The notes: generated by a model not told the origin, from the sequence alone. A DNA stretch of 64,000 nt from Eledone cirrhosa (GCA_964016885.1 OZ024743.1:171182001-171246000), one strand, 5' to 3'; numbered from the stretch's first letter, positions 40,940-58,400 are shown. Numbers and translations are program-made.

Positions 40940-41398
40940 TATAGCGTTTCTGAATTTGTTTAGCAAGATTCTTTATCGGAAAACGTGTGTTGAAACCGAT
41001 ATTGTTATACTTTGGGACGGTCATGTTGCCAGTAAGAAATACACGCACCAGTTGCTTTCACTTCAATTTATTATAAATTAAATTTATAAATTTAGGAATT
41101 TATAAATTTCGGGTTGGTTGGTTGCTTCAAAACATACACAAAAACAAGATGGCGTAGGACAGAACAAGGGAGAGGCACAAAAACAAGAAAAGAATCACCA
41201 GTCACTGAAGAGGTTAGAGAATGTGTTACGAAAGTACTTTGACAATATATGAACAATCGTCTGGTTGTGGAACCAACCAACCAACCGGAAATTTATAAAT
41301 TCCTAAATTTATAAACTTAATTTATAATAAATTGAAGTGAAAGCAACTGGTGCGTGTCTTTCTTATTGTCAACATGACCCTCCCAAAGTATAATAATA
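40940..41398 (+). mobile_element. PLE-type end fragment: about 120-bp inverted repeats around a hammerhead, in (TA)n
   Basis: About 41003-41122 is the inverse of about 41272-41395. Confidence 0.8.
41201..41243 (+). ncRNA. Minimal type I hammerhead with weak stem II
   Basis: GTCA-CTGAAGA-G...C-GAAA-GTAC-TT-TGAC. Palindromic stem III. Confidence 0.75.
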
Positions 41399-41399
41399 T

Positions 41400-42665
<1,266 letters not shown>

Positions 42666-43241
42666 GCAAAGTTTTATTTAAATTGTTGGGTTAACAACGA
42701 GTAAATATTTATAACTGATATAAAAGCACTCAACAAGTATTTGGAGTATATTTACGATATTAAATAAATGGAAACTATATTTATAAAACCATATTTATTT
42801 CATTATATATATTTCAGGGATATCATATTAAAAATATGTTATGCCTTCTTCAGACAAAATACAATATAAACAGTCTTATAAATAGATAGATTCGACATAC
42901 CTTTCAACTTCGACTTCTATTTGAAAAGTTGATTTGGTAGTGAAAAAATATTAGGGACAGTTATAAAAAGAAAGAAAGAAAAACGAAGAAAAAGAAGAAA
43001 TGCATGCAACTAAATAGAAAGAGATAGATATAGAGAGATAGATAGAGAGCAGACATTCATGTAAAGAAACAGAGAGAGATATATAGAGAGAGGAAAAAAC
43101 ACAGAGGGAGATAGATAGAGAGAGAGAGAGAGAGAAGAGAGGAGAGAGAGAGAGAAAATATAGAGAGATAGATATAGATAAAGATAGAGAGAAAGAAACT
43201 AGGTAGTTGGGCACCAGTTGAATGATGTATCAATGATATAT

Positions 43242-43272
<31 letters not shown>

Positions 43273-43543
43273 GCTCTAGTATTAATGTAGAGAGAGATAT
43301 ATGTGGTTAAGAGAGTAAACAGCCGTTACATAGAGAGAAAAGAAAAATATCCAGATAAAAATCTAATAAAAAGATTTTCGACGAAAAGCCCAGTATTACA
43401 ATGAAGCGTTAGCTAGAGCAGGATATAGTGATAAAATTATGTACATAGATAATAATAGACAAACTAACCAAAATAACAACAATTTTAATTACGGCAACAA
43501 CTTTAACAACTATAATAGAAAGCATTACAATAATTCCAAAAGC

Positions 43544-43743
43544 NNNNNNNNNNNNNNNNNNNNNNNNNNNNNNNNNNNNNNNNNNNNNNNNNNNNNNNNN
43601 NNNNNNNNNNNNNNNNNNNNNNNNNNNNNNNNNNNNNNNNNNNNNNNNNNNNNNNNNNNNNNNNNNNNNNNNNNNNNNNNNNNNNNNNNNNNNNNNNNNN
43701 NNNNNNNNNNNNNNNNNNNNNNNNNNNNNNNNNNNNNNNNNNN
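43544..43743. other. Assembly gap (200 N)
   Basis: Run of N. Confidence 1.
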
Positions 43744-44634
<891 letters not shown>

Positions 44635-44636
<2 letters not shown>

Positions 44637-47113
44637 AGGGTGTTAAAGTTTGCTTGAAGCATTGTGAAATGTGTAAAAATACGTATTTAAGAAAGCCACA
44701 ACAATGCAAAGGGAAATCTTGAGGTAGGAAGTGAAATATAGATAGGAAAAACAGGTGAAAGTGAAAATTGAGAGAGACAAAGATGAAAACAAAACAAAGG
44801 TAGAAGGGTTACCGTAGTAGAGATTTAATCCCAATATTTCGGGCTCACGCCCATCAACGGGGGAAAAGTTCCATAAGGGGGGAAACAGGCCAAGCGGAGA
44901 AAGTTGTGATGTCGTTAAGACAGGAATGCCGTTATGGGGAGAAAAATATTTAAAATTTAAACGAGGGAAAGAATGCGCGTGCGCGTGATAGGCTGTGGCA
45001 AAAGCTACTGACCAAATGAGTTAAATCAAGAGGGTGCGTTAGCGTGTGAAAGCCGTAAGATATGTGTATGTAAATATATATGTGTGTGTAACTGTGTGTG
45101 TATAAGTGTAAGTGTGTATATGTGTGAGTGTGTGTGTGTGTGAAAGATAGTGGGCTGTAGAAGTTGGAAATCAAAGGGTGTGAAAGGTGGTAGGTTGTAA
45201 AATATGTGTGCGTGTATAAATATAGATGTGTGTGTGTAAGCGTATGGGTATACATGTGTGTGTAACTGTGTGTGTATATGTGTGAGTGCGTATGTGTGTG
45301 AAAGATAGTGGGCTGTGGAAGCTGGAAATCAAAGGGTGTGAAAGGTGGTAGGTTGTAAAAACTTGTGTGCGTGTATAAATATAGATGTGTGTGTGTATGC
45401 GTATGGGTATGCATATACGTGCGTGTGTGTGAAGATAGCAGGCCGTAGGCTGTGAATGGTCATTATGGTTAAGTTAGCCATGTCAGCTCATTTCTCTCAG
45501 CCCGGTTGTTAAGTGGGGGTCTGAGGTTCTTAATAACAAGTGCTTCCTTTATCCTTAAGGATCCGATGCTGCGTTCAGTCGCTAGGACTGTGACCAAGGG
45601 TCTACCCTGTGGGTTTCCGCATTTAAGGATATGTTTACGGAAGGAAGATGCGTTGGTGTTGATATGTTCCTTGATACGAACATGTAGGGGTCGGATGGTG
45701 CTACCTATGTAAAACTTATTACATTTATCGCATTGAATCTTATATACGACATAGGTGCGTAGGCAATCTGCCCCCCGTATCGGGCAGTTGCTGAGGGAAC
45801 ACGTCCCATCTGCCTCGTAGGGTTTGTTGGAGAGGCATCTTCGCAGCGAAGGTCCTGTGTGGGCCAAATGTATGTCAAGTCCCTCCGTCCGTATGGTCCT
45901 GCGGATAGCGTTCGTGGTATATTCACTCAGGTGGGGGATTTTAAAGAAGCACCTGCTAATATTAAGTTTTCTAGTGGGTGTCAGTCTACTGGGTCTGGGG
46001 TCTCTAATTCCGTTAATCAGTCGCTTGGGATAACCATTAGATCTGAGTAGATTACGGAATTGCGTGGTATGGGTGAGACCACCCATCGGGTCGCTGCATC
46101 TGTTAGTGATCCGTGTCGGTTCATTTAGGACATAGCCTCTCTTAGCATTGTTGGGGAGGGCTGAGTTATAATGCACAAATAAGTCCTTGCACGCTGCTTT
46201 GTGGTAGAAGGTGGTGTTTATGTCTCCTTCTTCCGAGATGTTGATACGGAAGTCGAGGAGGGCGAGTGACCCGTCTTCTCCTGGGTGTTCGATGGTGAAA
46301 TCGATGTGCTGGTCAGTATCGTTGAAGATTTGGTGAATTTCATTCGCCATCTCCCGGGAAGAAGTATCAGGATATCATCAACGTATCTGGAGTAGAAGGC
46401 GACGGCGTTGGGTTGGCAGGTATTGAGTGCCTTGCGTTCCAGGTGGTCCATGTACGAGATCGCAAGTATGCCGGACAGACTAGAGCCCATAGGTAGCCCA
46501 GAGATTTGTTTGTACGTGTGGCCGAGGAAATTGAAGAGTGCATTATCCACAACGAAGGAGAGGAGTTGGTGGATGTCCGTGTGTGTGAGTCCGAAGCAGT
46601 GTAAGTTAGATGCTCGAACTCGTTCGGTCAACAGGTCGACAGCTGGGGATGCTGGTACGGAGGTATAAAGGGCGACCACATCAAGACTGAAGGCATAACC
46701 GTTGTCCTTTCTGGTGTTGGGCGCCAGATGGTGTAGTCGCTCCAAGACTTCCTTTGAGCTGCAGACGTGGGCTGGTAGTGTGTGTAGAAAAGGTTTCAGT
46801 AGTGTGGAGAGCAGCCACGATATTTTGTAGAGTGGGCCCTCCACGCTAGAGACAATGGGCCTGATTTTCAAATCGGGTCCTTGTTTATGTGTTTTGACCA
46901 GGTGGTAGAAGGTGGGTAATTTGCTGTTTCGAGTCATTATGTTGTTTTTTACCTTCTTTGGCAGTTTTCGTTGGACACAGATGTTAGTCCATATGGTGTT
47001 AATGCCTTCCTCGACTAGAGTCGAGGAGGTCCCTGTGACTTTCGAGTAGAGGCTGTGGTCATTAAGATGTTGGAGAGCTAAGTTGTTGTAGGTCTCTCTC
47101 GAGATGACACAGA
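44635..47113 (-). mobile_element. 5'-truncated PLE of a different lineage (Penelope/Poseidon-like); RT 46218-46937 and RT-thumb/GIY-YIG 45469-46350 split by a frameshift
   Basis: KTHK..IRPIVS, SLDVVALYTSVP, GLPMGS, RYVDD, LLDF, NGYP, VVYKIQCDKCNKFYIGSTIRPLHVRIKEH, E...I...P.LN. The 3' UTR has about 158-bp tandem repeats (45142, 45300). Confidence 0.88.
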
Positions 47114-47114
47114 A

Positions 47115-48745
47115 TTAGAACTAACCTGTGGGATAATTCTATCCAAGATGGCTTTACTAACAACCCCCAGATCAGATTTAGAGGTCACTCATTAATAATC
47201 TCTCTAATTGCAACTGCCGCATTAAAAATAAATGTCCTCTCAACAACCATTGTCTCGATAAAAACTTAATTTATGAATGTAAAATTATAACTAGCACCAA
47301 TTCCTTCACCTATTTTGGCTCCACTTCCACCTCTTTTAAAGCTCGTCTCTATAATCACCATTCATCTTTCAAATACAAACTTAAAAGAACCAACACAGCT
47401 CTCTCAGAACTCATATGGTCCTTGAAAGACAAAAACATTAAATATACCATCTTTTGGAAGAAGGTTTCTTCTGCATCCTCATACTTGAACAGCTCTCTAT
47501 CTAAAATCTGTAATCTCTGCCTAAATGAAAAATTTACCATTATCTCTAACCTAGACGTACAGATTTGTTTTCTATCTGCCTGCATAAATTCCATAGGACT
47601 TTTCACAAAGTATACAGTTAATATTCAATTCTTTATCAATTTAGAATCTTTTCTCAATGGCACATATACATACACCTCTTTAAAATATACCCATCTTCCT
47701 ACCTTACTTTAAAGGGCATTATACACTCTATGATACTTGTTTACTCATTACCCTCTTTCTATCTTCACCTTGTAAAATCCTTCATAACATATACATTTGT
47801 TTTTTTGACGTTAGAATATTCATCCGCAATTATTATTATTTTTTCTCTCTATCATAAAACTTTTTAATCTCAATTTCATCCTTAATTTATTATTTTTTTC
47901 TCCCCATCAACGAACTCATTCTTAATACATATTAACTCTTTATTCGCATATATTATCAATTCCTTCAATATACAAACTTTAACTTCACATTATTTTTCTC
48001 AAATCCTTCTACACACAAACCTTAATAATTTTTTCTCTTCGTTAATTTTGAAATTACCACAATACTTATCAACATACACTTTTTTTGACGTTAGAATATT
48101 CATCCACAATTATTATTTTTTCTCTCTATCTTCATACATAAATTCCCTTCGTTAATTTTCAAATTCCTTTAATTTATACATTATCTTCCAACGGTTCTCA
48201 ACCTCTCTATGTAAAACAATATATCTTTTCTCAGTTATAAAAACTATCTCTTTCTCTCTATCACCCATCTCTCCCTCTCCACCTTCACTCTCATCTCCTC
48301 CCCCTTTTTTCATCCTTTCCACCCCCCCCCCCTCCCTAAAAAAATATTTTTTCCTCGCACATATCTTCCCTTCGTTAATTTTCAAATTCTTTTAATTTAT
48401 ACATTATATTCCAACGGTTTTCAACCTCTCTATATAAAACAATATATCTTCTCTCAGTTATAAAAACTATCTCTTTCTCTCTATCACCCATCTCTCCCTC
48501 TCATCTCCTCCCCTTTTTCATCCTTTCCACCCCCCTCTCTAAATAAAATATTTTTCCCAATATCACACATCAATCTAAAACCACTTTTCATATGTTGATT
48601 TAAAACTGCACTATCCACAAGTGTTTTTTAGCCTTCATATCATGTTCTCCTGTTTTATCTGATGAAAACACAAATATTATTGCATGATGATGTTTGTTTT
48701 TGAAATGCGCATAATAAAATACATGGAACTCCTTTAACCATCTTT
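47115..48745 (+). mobile_element. PLE 3' fragment (Naiad-like GIY-YIG at about 47190-47560) plus 3' UTR with internal duplications and a hammerhead
   Basis: Translates NCNCRIKNKCPLNNHC...IYEC...YFGST...FKARLYNH...IWSLK...CNLCLNEK. Confidence 0.85.
48653..48719 (+). ncRNA. Type I hammerhead ribozyme
   Basis: TTTTAT-CTGATGA-AAACACAAATATTA...TGATGATGTTTGTTTTT-GAAA-TGCGCA-TA-ATAAAA. Palindromic stem III. Confidence 0.85.
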
Positions 48746-48816
48746 TGATCTTATATTATATATATATATATATATATTTATATTATATCTATCTATATAT
48801 ATATATTTATATTATA

Positions 48817-48879
<63 letters not shown>

Positions 48880-48883
48880 TATA

Positions 48884-48946
<63 letters not shown>

Positions 48947-48961
48947 TATATCTATCTATAA

Positions 48962-49520
48962 GCGGGCTCCTATGGTGAGGGGATCCATCTGCTGTAAACA
49001 CCCTTCGGAAGGAGGGCTGGAGATGCCGTGGCTAATGATATGTAAACACGCATTAAGGCTACGGCACCTCCAGGTATTCCTCACCGGTCAACCGGTGTGG
49101 GTCCCGTTTGTGAGGCGAGCCTTTCCCAGACTCGTCTCACTCACCGAGCTGCAATCCTGGGTCAAGCAAAGACGGAGAAAACTGGGCGCCTGGCACACCG
49201 AGTGTGCCCAGGCGCTCACGGCTCTCTGGCAGGCGGACCCGGCTGTCAGTGGAAAATCCACCTCGTCATTCTATAGAGGGCTGGTGGTTAGCAGGTGCGA
49301 CGACGCCCTCGGAGAAGCCCTAGGCATGGAGGAAGATGAACTGGCCAACCTGTTCGGTAGGACATTCAGCCCAGGCCTGGCAGTGCTACAGAAGGGCTCT
49401 GCCCGTTCGAGAAAGGCTCTACAGACACGGGCGGCCGGGTAGGGACCCTAAGAAAAAGATCTGTCCCAGATGCGTGTGCGACGAGGAAACCGTTGCACAC
49501 GCATTGGTACACTGCTCGGG
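48962..49520 (+). mobile_element. Tx1/L1 ORF2 C-terminal fragment within microsatellite
   Basis: GGLEMPWL..HALRLRHL; CPRC...ETVAH..HC. Homologous to 52073-53000. Confidence 0.8.
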
Positions 49521-49576
49521 CATTGCCGATCTGTGGGGCTATAAATATATATATATATATTTATATTATATCTATA

Positions 49577-49635
<59 letters not shown>

Positions 49636-50027
49636 TATATCTATCTATATATATATTTATATTATATCTATCTATATATATATATATATTTATATTATAT
49701 CTATCTATCTATATATGTATATATTTATATTATATCTATCTATCTATCTATCTATCTATATATATTTATATTATATCTATCTATCTATATACTCTATTAC
49801 CTGTTTCAGCCATCCGGCTGAGGCCATGCTGGGGCACCGCCCTTGTATATATATATATTTATATTATATCTATCTATCTATATATATATATTTATATTAT
49901 ATCTATCTATCTATCTATATATATATATTTATATTATATCTATCTATATATATATATATATTTATATTATATCTATCTATATATATATTTATATTATATC
50001 TATATATATATATATATTTATATTATA

Positions 50028-50069
<42 letters not shown>

Positions 50070-50157
50070 CTATCTATATATATATATTTATATTATATCT
50101 ATATATATATATATATATATATATAATATCTATCTATATATATATATTTATATTATA

Positions 50158-50193
<36 letters not shown>

Positions 50194-50306
50194 CTATCTA
50201 TCTATATATATATATTTATATTATATCTATCTATATATATATATTTATATTATATATATATATATATATATATTTATATTATATCTTTATATATATATAT
50301 ATATAT

Positions 50307-50402
<96 letters not shown>

Positions 50403-50469
50403 ATCTATCTATCTATCTATATATATATATATTTATTATATCTATCTATCTATCTATATATGTATATTA

Positions 50470-51151
50470 AGTTCAGCCTTCCTTGAGTGCTCGGAAAAAT
50501 AAATTTCTCCTCTTTCGGTAAATGAAATTACTCAGAGTGGCTTGATCTGCCCCAGTCCCACCGCGCCACCAGTTTTGGGCGCCTAATTCTACCTGTACCT
50601 AAAAACTCCAGGTTTGGGCACAACTATTAGCTGTATCATGCCTCTATTGACACGTAAATAAACCCCTAATGTTGATTTAATAGTATTCGTGCTATAGACG
50701 ATGGCCTGTCTCAATTGTGGGGCTCCCGCTAGCGATCCCGGAGCCAAAGTTAGCTGGAGTACTCGGAAAAATTAACTTCCATTTCTTTCGCTGGACGATA
50801 CCACTCGAGACTGGCTGACTCACGGTGGTGGGTATTCGAAATCTTTACTCTATATCCCATCCTAATATCTTATCGAGTTAAATAATTAATAAAAACTTTT
50901 TTCATATAAGACTCTCCGTAAGTTCGTTAAATAAATCTCGCTACCTCTATTTTTCAATTTACCATTTTGCAATATAATATTTTAATTTAATTTATTTCAT
51001 CCTATAACTCTCAACATAAGTTTAGCGTTCCAATCTTCGGTTCACACATTAGACCATACAGACAACCACTATAGATTCTTTGGGTAGCATTTTTTTCGCG
51101 GCATTTTCTAACATGAATGTAGTTTGACCCTTACACTACACTTCTTTCTCC

Positions 51152-51212
<61 letters not shown>

Positions 51213-51670
51213 TCTTCTTCTTTGACGGAGTGGTGGTAGTACATGATAGGCCTGCGCCCCCTTACCAGATATTCATTGGTAGTTTTCGGTTGCCAACACT
51301 TTGAGGGCGGCTGGCTGTGTAGCTAGTTGGTCAGCCGCCCTCCCTGTCTCTGGTTTCTCGGACCCATGGTTTTTCGGACCCATGGCTTTTTACATATTCC
51401 TTTGTTATATTCCAATACCTGATGATATCACCGGATTCATATGGAACCCGGTTATTGAAATGATCATAGTATAGTAAACGTTTCAAGGATTTACACCAGT
51501 CCAGCGTCCTGTTATTTCATTTATAATTAACTCCGTATTCGCACCACCAACTACACAAACGAAGATGGGTGAACTGCATTGCGTTGAGTACTCTTCACAA
51601 TATTACACCAGGATTGACCATACGGAATGACCAGTTCTATCCAGTGGTAAACCAACAAACCTTAAGATAT

Positions 51671-51672
<2 letters not shown>
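50470..51672 (+). mobile_element. Family A, copy 3 (more diverged, 5'-truncated), within microsatellite
   Basis: Collinear with about 25778-26990. Confidence 0.8.
51415..51472 (+). ncRNA. Type I hammerhead (family A)
   Basis: ATAC-CTGATGA-TATCACCGG...CCGGTTATT-GAAA-TGATCA-TA-GTAT. Confidence 0.82.
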
Positions 51673-51753
<81 letters not shown>

Positions 51754-51835
51754 CTATATATATATATATAAATATATATATGTATTTATATTATATCTAT
51801 CTATCTATCTATATATGTATATATAAATAGATATA

Positions 51836-53025
51836 TTTCTTTATTAGCCACAGGGGCACAAAAGAAGGGGACAAATACAAAGGGGGAAGTTTACATACAA
51901 TAAAAACGTGTAAAATGTTATCACAGATGGAATTTAAAAGTTAGTCGATTTTCCCCAATAGAGGGAGACAGTTTATATGGGTAACACAGACCCCCGAAAA
52001 AAATGTGCAACCCTCATCTCCAGGAGTACGAAGAGCTTGTACTCCTTTCCTCTCCTCCTCCTTTTCCTCAACCTACAGGCTGATATAGAGAGAAGGCCCA
52101 TTCACTCGGGCCATTCTCGCCACTTTCACCCACCTTTCATAAAACTTGCTGGGGTACAGCACCTCTCTCTCCATCCTGATTCTTCTTCCAAAGTGGTATT
52201 TGAAAAAAAGAATCAGTTGTTGGCCGGAGAGAAAGGTGTCTGACCTCAGCCCTTTCAACCTTGTCCACCATACAACCTCTTTCGCCATAGCTATCACACA
52301 AAGGAAAACCGCCTCTCCTTCGTTTTTGAAGGAGGGTGGCGGTTTGATCATGACAATGGACTCGGTGGTCAACTGGATTGGTCCCACCCGCGACAATAGT
52401 CGTTCCACATAGCCCCACAGGTCAGTGACGCCCGGGCAGTGTATGAATGCGTGCGCGACGGTTTCTTCGTCTCGCACGCACCTCGGACAGATCTTTTTTG
52501 CAGGGTCCCTGCCCGGGCGCCCATGTCTGTAGAGCTTGTCTCGAACTGGTAGAGCTCCTCGGTAGCACTGCCAGGCCAGGGACTTTTGGAAGTTGTCCAT
52601 CGGTCCCCGGGCGGAAGGTCCTACCGAACAGACTGGCCAGTTCATCTTCCTCCACGCCTAGAGTTTCACCGAGCGCGTCGTCGCACTTGCTGCGGACCAA
52701 CCCTCTATAGAATGACGAAGTGGAGTCTCCACTGATCGCCGGGTCCGCCTGCCAGAGGGCTGTGAGCGCCTGAGCACATTCGATGTGCCAGTCGCCCATT
52801 TTCCTCGGTCTCTGCTTGACCCAGGACTGCAGCTCGGTCAGCGAGACGAGTCGTGGGAAGGCTCGCCTCACGAACGGGGCCCACACGGTTGTCGGTGAGG
52901 AATACGTAGAGATGCCGCAGCCTGAGCGCGTGTTTGCGCATCGTCAACCACGGCATCCCCAGCCCTCCGTTAGAAGGGTGGTTGGCAGCAGATGGATCTT
53001 CTTACCAAAGGAGCCCGCCTCTTCA
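51836..53025 (-). mobile_element. Tx1/L1 3' fragment
   Basis: MDNFQKSLAWQCYRGALPV, CPRC..ETVAH..HC. 3' end TTTCTTTATT.GCCACA as at 15268. Confidence 0.85.
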
Positions 53026-53029
53026 AAAT

Positions 53030-53241
53030 AGATAGATAGATAGATATAATATAAATACATATATATATTTATATATATATATATAGATAGATATATATTT
53101 ATATTATATCTATCTATCTAATCTATCTATCTATCTATATATGTATATATAAATATATATATATTTATATTATATCTATCTATCTATCTATATATGTATA
53201 TATAAATATATATATATTTATATTATATCTATCTATCTATC

Positions 53242-53308
<67 letters not shown>

Positions 53309-53708
53309 ATATATATATATATTTATATTATATCTATCTATCTATCTATATATATATATATATGTATATATAAATATATATATATATTTATATTATATCT
53401 ATCTATCTATCTATCTATATATATATATATTTTATATATATCTATCCTATCTATCTATCTATCTATATAAATATATATATATATTATATCTATCTATCTA
53501 TCTATATAAATATATAATATATATATTATATCTATCTATCTATCTATCTATTATATAATATATATATATATTTATATTATATCTATCTATCTATCTATCT
53601 ATATATATATTATATCTATCTATCTATATATATAAATATATATATATATTATATCTATCTATCTATCTATCTATATATATATATAAATATTTATATTATA
53701 TCTATCTA

Positions 53709-53746
<38 letters not shown>

Positions 53747-54314
53747 CTATCTATCTATCTATATATATATATATATATATATATCTATCTATATATATAT
53801 ATAATATATATATTATATCTATCTATCTATATATATATATATATATATATATTATATCTATCTATCTATCTATATATATATTTATTATTCTATCTATCTA
53901 TATATATATATATATATATTATATCTATCTATCTATATATATATATATATATATATTATATCTATCTATCTATCTATATATATATATAATATATTATATT
54001 ATATCTATCTATCTATCTATATATATATTATTATATTATATCTATCTATCTATCTATATATATATATATATTATATCTATCTATCTATATATATATATAT
54101 ATATATATTATATCTATCTATCTATCTATCTATATATATATATATTATATCTATCTATCTATATATCTATATATATATATATTATATCTATCTATCTATA
54201 TATCTATATATATATATATTATATCTATCTATCTATATATCTATATATATATATATTATATCTATCTATCTATATATCTATATATTATATCTATCTATAT
54301 ATATATTATATCTA

Positions 54315-54374
<60 letters not shown>

Positions 54375-54498
54375 CTATCTATATATATATATATATTATA
54401 TCTATATATATATATATTTATATCTATCTATCTATCTATCTATCTATATATATATATATATATTATATCTATCTATCTATATATATATATATATATAG
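53030..54498. repeat. Compound (TATC)n/(TA)n minisatellite field (same type also at 48745-50468 and 59170-61465)
   Basis: Direct reading. Repeating unit TATTATATCTATCTATCTATATA... Confidence 0.95.
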
Positions 54499-54631
54499 TA
54501 TAACTAGGGAAAGGATCAGGGGTGTATAACACTCCACTTATCCCAGCAGGCAGTATAAGGGTTAGCTCAATGTCTGAGGACAGAGCCGTAATATAATAAA
54601 TAACAAAGAAACGCCTATAGCATATGCATAT

Positions 54632-54688
54632 CTTTACTTGCTAACATTGTTTCATTCGCACTATAAGTGGACTCATCAGAGCATAAAG
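54632..54688 (-). ncRNA. Type I hammerhead (left arm of palindrome)
   Basis: Minus strand reads CTTTATGCT-CTGATGA-GTCCACTTATAGTGCGAAT-GAAA-CAATG-TT-AGCAAGTAAAG. Confidence 0.75.
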
Positions 54689-55387
54689 GTTAATTACATA
54701 CCATACAAGCAATAACAAATCCAAGACATTGAAGAATGAAAGGTAATAATAGACGATAAAGGATATTAAGGAAGTAAAAGTAAAAATAAAGATAAGAATA
54801 AAAATAAAAGTAAAAATAAAAATAAAAATAAAAATAAAAATAAAAATAAAATAAAATAAAAATAAAAATAAAAATAAGAATAAGATAATAAAATAAACAA
54901 TGAAAAATAAGCAATGAAAAATAAGGGGTGCTATCAGTCGCAGTTGGCGGGGTGCTGTCAACATATAGTTACATACAAGCATACACATGGATAAGAGAAC
55001 AGACAAGAGTAGACACATGGATAAGAGAACAGACAAGATAGATAAGATAGATGGGATTAGGTAAGAGTAGGTAAAAAATAGGTAAAAAATAGGTGAAAAA
55101 CAGACTTATAATATATATATATAAATAAGAAAATATAAAGAAATACAAGAAAATACATAACAAACTTACATATAAAATATAAAATATACAGATAATGGTG
55201 ATACAGGGTAAGGAATGAGATAAAATAATATAAATTAAAATTAAAAATTATATAAATAGAACATAATATAATATAATCGTAAAATAAGATAAAATAAGGT
55301 AAACTAAAATCAAATAACATAGACTAAATTAAAATAATATAATATAAGGATATAATTAAATGTATAATTAAATGTAATTAAATGTAA

Positions 55388-55423
<36 letters not shown>

Positions 55424-58400
55424 AAATTAAATAAATAAATAAAATTTAAATTTAAATTTTAAATTTAGAATTAAAATTTAAATTTAAATAAATAAATAAA
55501 TAAATGGAGTCAAGTAAGTAAATAAATAAAATTAGATAACATGAAATGAAATAAAATAAAATAAAATGAAATAAAGTAAATTGAGATAAGATATATATTT
55601 TTTTTAAATATATCTCTTGAATATATCAGGGGCCCACGAAGGCACTAAGTGTCACAGTTATGTGTATCACTTGACCATTTTTTTAAAATATATTTCTTGA
55701 AAACATCAGGGGCCCACGAAGGCACTAAGTGTCACAGTCACCAGTACCACTTGACCATTGCAAGGCAATGGAGGCGTCCCAGGTTGGGCAGTCTCAAAAG
55801 TTCACTCGAAAGTCATGGGTGTGCATTCACACAGTTGAGCGGTGGGGTAATCACAAACCGGTTCACACCCGGGCAGGAGTCCAATGGTCAGAGAGAGGTG
55901 CATCGAAGGAGGTAGAAGAATTCACGTGCATTAGCAAGCGAGGTGCAGGCGGGTTAAAGCAAGCAGACACAGTTGTAGCGCATACAAAAGATATATAAAA
56001 AGACAGAAGATATATAAAAAATAGCTTCAAGAGCCATTAAGTCACCGCATTGGGACATCACAAGATTGTACACATCAATATGTTCAGCACGTATATGCAC
56101 GTATACACACCACATGCATATGCAGAGACGGTATACATATATATATATATATATATATTTTTTTTTTATATACAGACACATACAACCACCTACACCCATA
56201 CACATATAAATGTATACACGGACACACACGCACACACACACAGCGTAGGACACCCGGGTCAAAGCTGATATTAAACACCGAAATACCACATTAGACCAGA
56301 CCCACCACCACAGGTAATACATTCAAAATAAATACATACGATGAGATGTAGTAAAATAAAGTTGAAATCCTACGGAGATATTCATGTCCGATGAGATGTA
56401 GTAAAATAAAGTTGAAATCCTACGGAGATATTCATGTCCGCACGTGCCATTGACCGATTCGAGTGTACACAGACCGTTAGTAACTACGGAGGGCTATCGG
56501 GGCCAAAACGTTACTTTTGGGATCATAACAACGACCGTCAATATATGGAAGGCCGATCGTGCTAGAAAGACTACAACCCCGGGCATGAGCTCCCAGAGGT
56601 CAGCCTGTAGATCTTGAACCACAGAATATGAGGGCAACACGTACATGCGCCACGTATCCACTGCTTACGGCGGGATGGCACGGGTCCGCCCACAGTTACA
56701 GGCTAAATTTCTACTAGTGCAGCCTAAATCACAGTACACGCTTATTCCTCCAGTTGGGCTGTCTTGTGTAACTGTCTCTGACTGTGTGTAACTGTCTCCT
56801 ATTGTTGGTCGTCTATGTATACGAGTCGGTGAATGTATACGTATGCCTGTGGGAGGATATTGATCTGGATATTGGGGTGTGCAGGGGAGTGTATGTTAAT
56901 AAGCACCCCTGTTTGACACAGTGGATGTAACCCATCCACGCTGGCCTACCCACCATTGGTGCATTGGTGGGTCTATCCTGACGTATATCTTGTTGATCTG
57001 TACCTCTGTATGCGCATGAGTTGTGATGTAATGTATTTATGTAAAGCGTGTACTGTGATTTAGGCTGCACTAGTAGAAATTTAGCCTGTAACTGTGGGCG
57101 GACCCGTGCCATCCCGCCGTAAGCAGTGGATACGTGGAGCATGTACGTGTTGCCCTCATATTCTGTGGTTCAAGATCTACAGGCTGACCTCTGGGAGCTC
57201 ATGCCCGGGGTTGTAGTCTTTCTAGCACGATCGGCCTTCCATATATTGACGGTCGTTGTTATGATCCCGAAAGTAACGTTTTGGCCCCGATAGCCCTCCG
57301 TAGTTACTAACGGTCTGTGTACACTCGAATCGGTCAATGGCACGTGCGGACATGAATATCTCCGTAGGATTTCAACTTTATTTTACTACATCTCATCGGA
57401 CATGAATATCTCCGTAGGATTTCAACTTTATTTTACTACATCTCATCGTATGTATTTATTTTGAATGTATTACCTGTGGTGGTGGGTCTGGTCTAATGTG
57501 GTATTTCGGTGTTTAATATCAGCTTTGACCCGGGTGTCCTACGCTGTGTGTGTGTGCGTGTGTGTCCGTGTATACATTTATATGTGTATGGGTGTAGGTG
57601 GTTGTATGTGTCTGTATATAAAAAAAAAAATATATATATATATATATATGTATACCGTCTCTGCATATGCATGTGGTGTGTGTACGTGCATATACGTGCT
57701 GAACATATTGATGTGTACAATCTTGTGATGTCCCAATGCGGTGACTTAATGGCTCTTGAAGCTATTTTTTATATATCTTCTGTCTTTTTATATATCTTTT
57801 GTATGCGCTACAACTGTGTCTGCTTGCTTTAACCCGCCTGCACCTCGCTTGCTAATGCACGTGAATTCTTCTACCTCCTTCGATGCACCTCTCTCTGACC
57901 ATTGGACTCCTGCCCGGGTGTGAACCGGTTTGTGATTACCCCACCGCTCAACTGTGTGAATGCACACCCATGACTTTCGAGTGAACTTTTGAGACTGCCC
58001 AACCTGGGACGCCTCCATTGCCTTGCAATGGTCAAGTGGTACTGGTGACTGTGACACTTAGTGCCTTCGTGGGCCCCTGGTGTTTTCAAGAAATATATTT
58101 TAAAAAAATGGTCAAGTGATACACATAACTGTGACACTTAGTGCCTTCGTGGGCCCCTGATATATTCAAGAGATATATTTAAAAAAAATATATATCTTAT
58201 CTCAATTTACTTTATTTCATTTTATTTTATTTTATTTCATTTCATGTTATCTAATTTTATTTATTTACTTACTTGACTCCATTTATTTATTTATTTATTT
58301 ATTTAAATTTAAATTTTAATTCTAAATTTAAAATTTAAATTTAAATTTTATTTATTTATTTAATTTTTATTTATTTATTTATTTATTTATTTAATTACAT

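Noticed and set aside
44812-44863. Possible minus-strand hammerhead at the 3' end of the Poseidon-like PLE (CCG-TTGAT-GGGC GTGA GCCC-GAAA...TA-CGG)
   Set aside because: The core is two bases short and stem III pairs poorly. At best a decayed copy, so not counted.
56339-56440. 50-bp direct repeat (and the about 81-bp repeat at 55600-55760) as a CRISPR-like array
   Set aside because: Only two adjacent copies, no spacers, no cas genes, eukaryotic context.
55649-58137. Near-identical ORF pairs on opposite strands (88, 89 and 122/107 aa)
   Set aside because: A simple consequence of the palindrome. No recognisable motifs.
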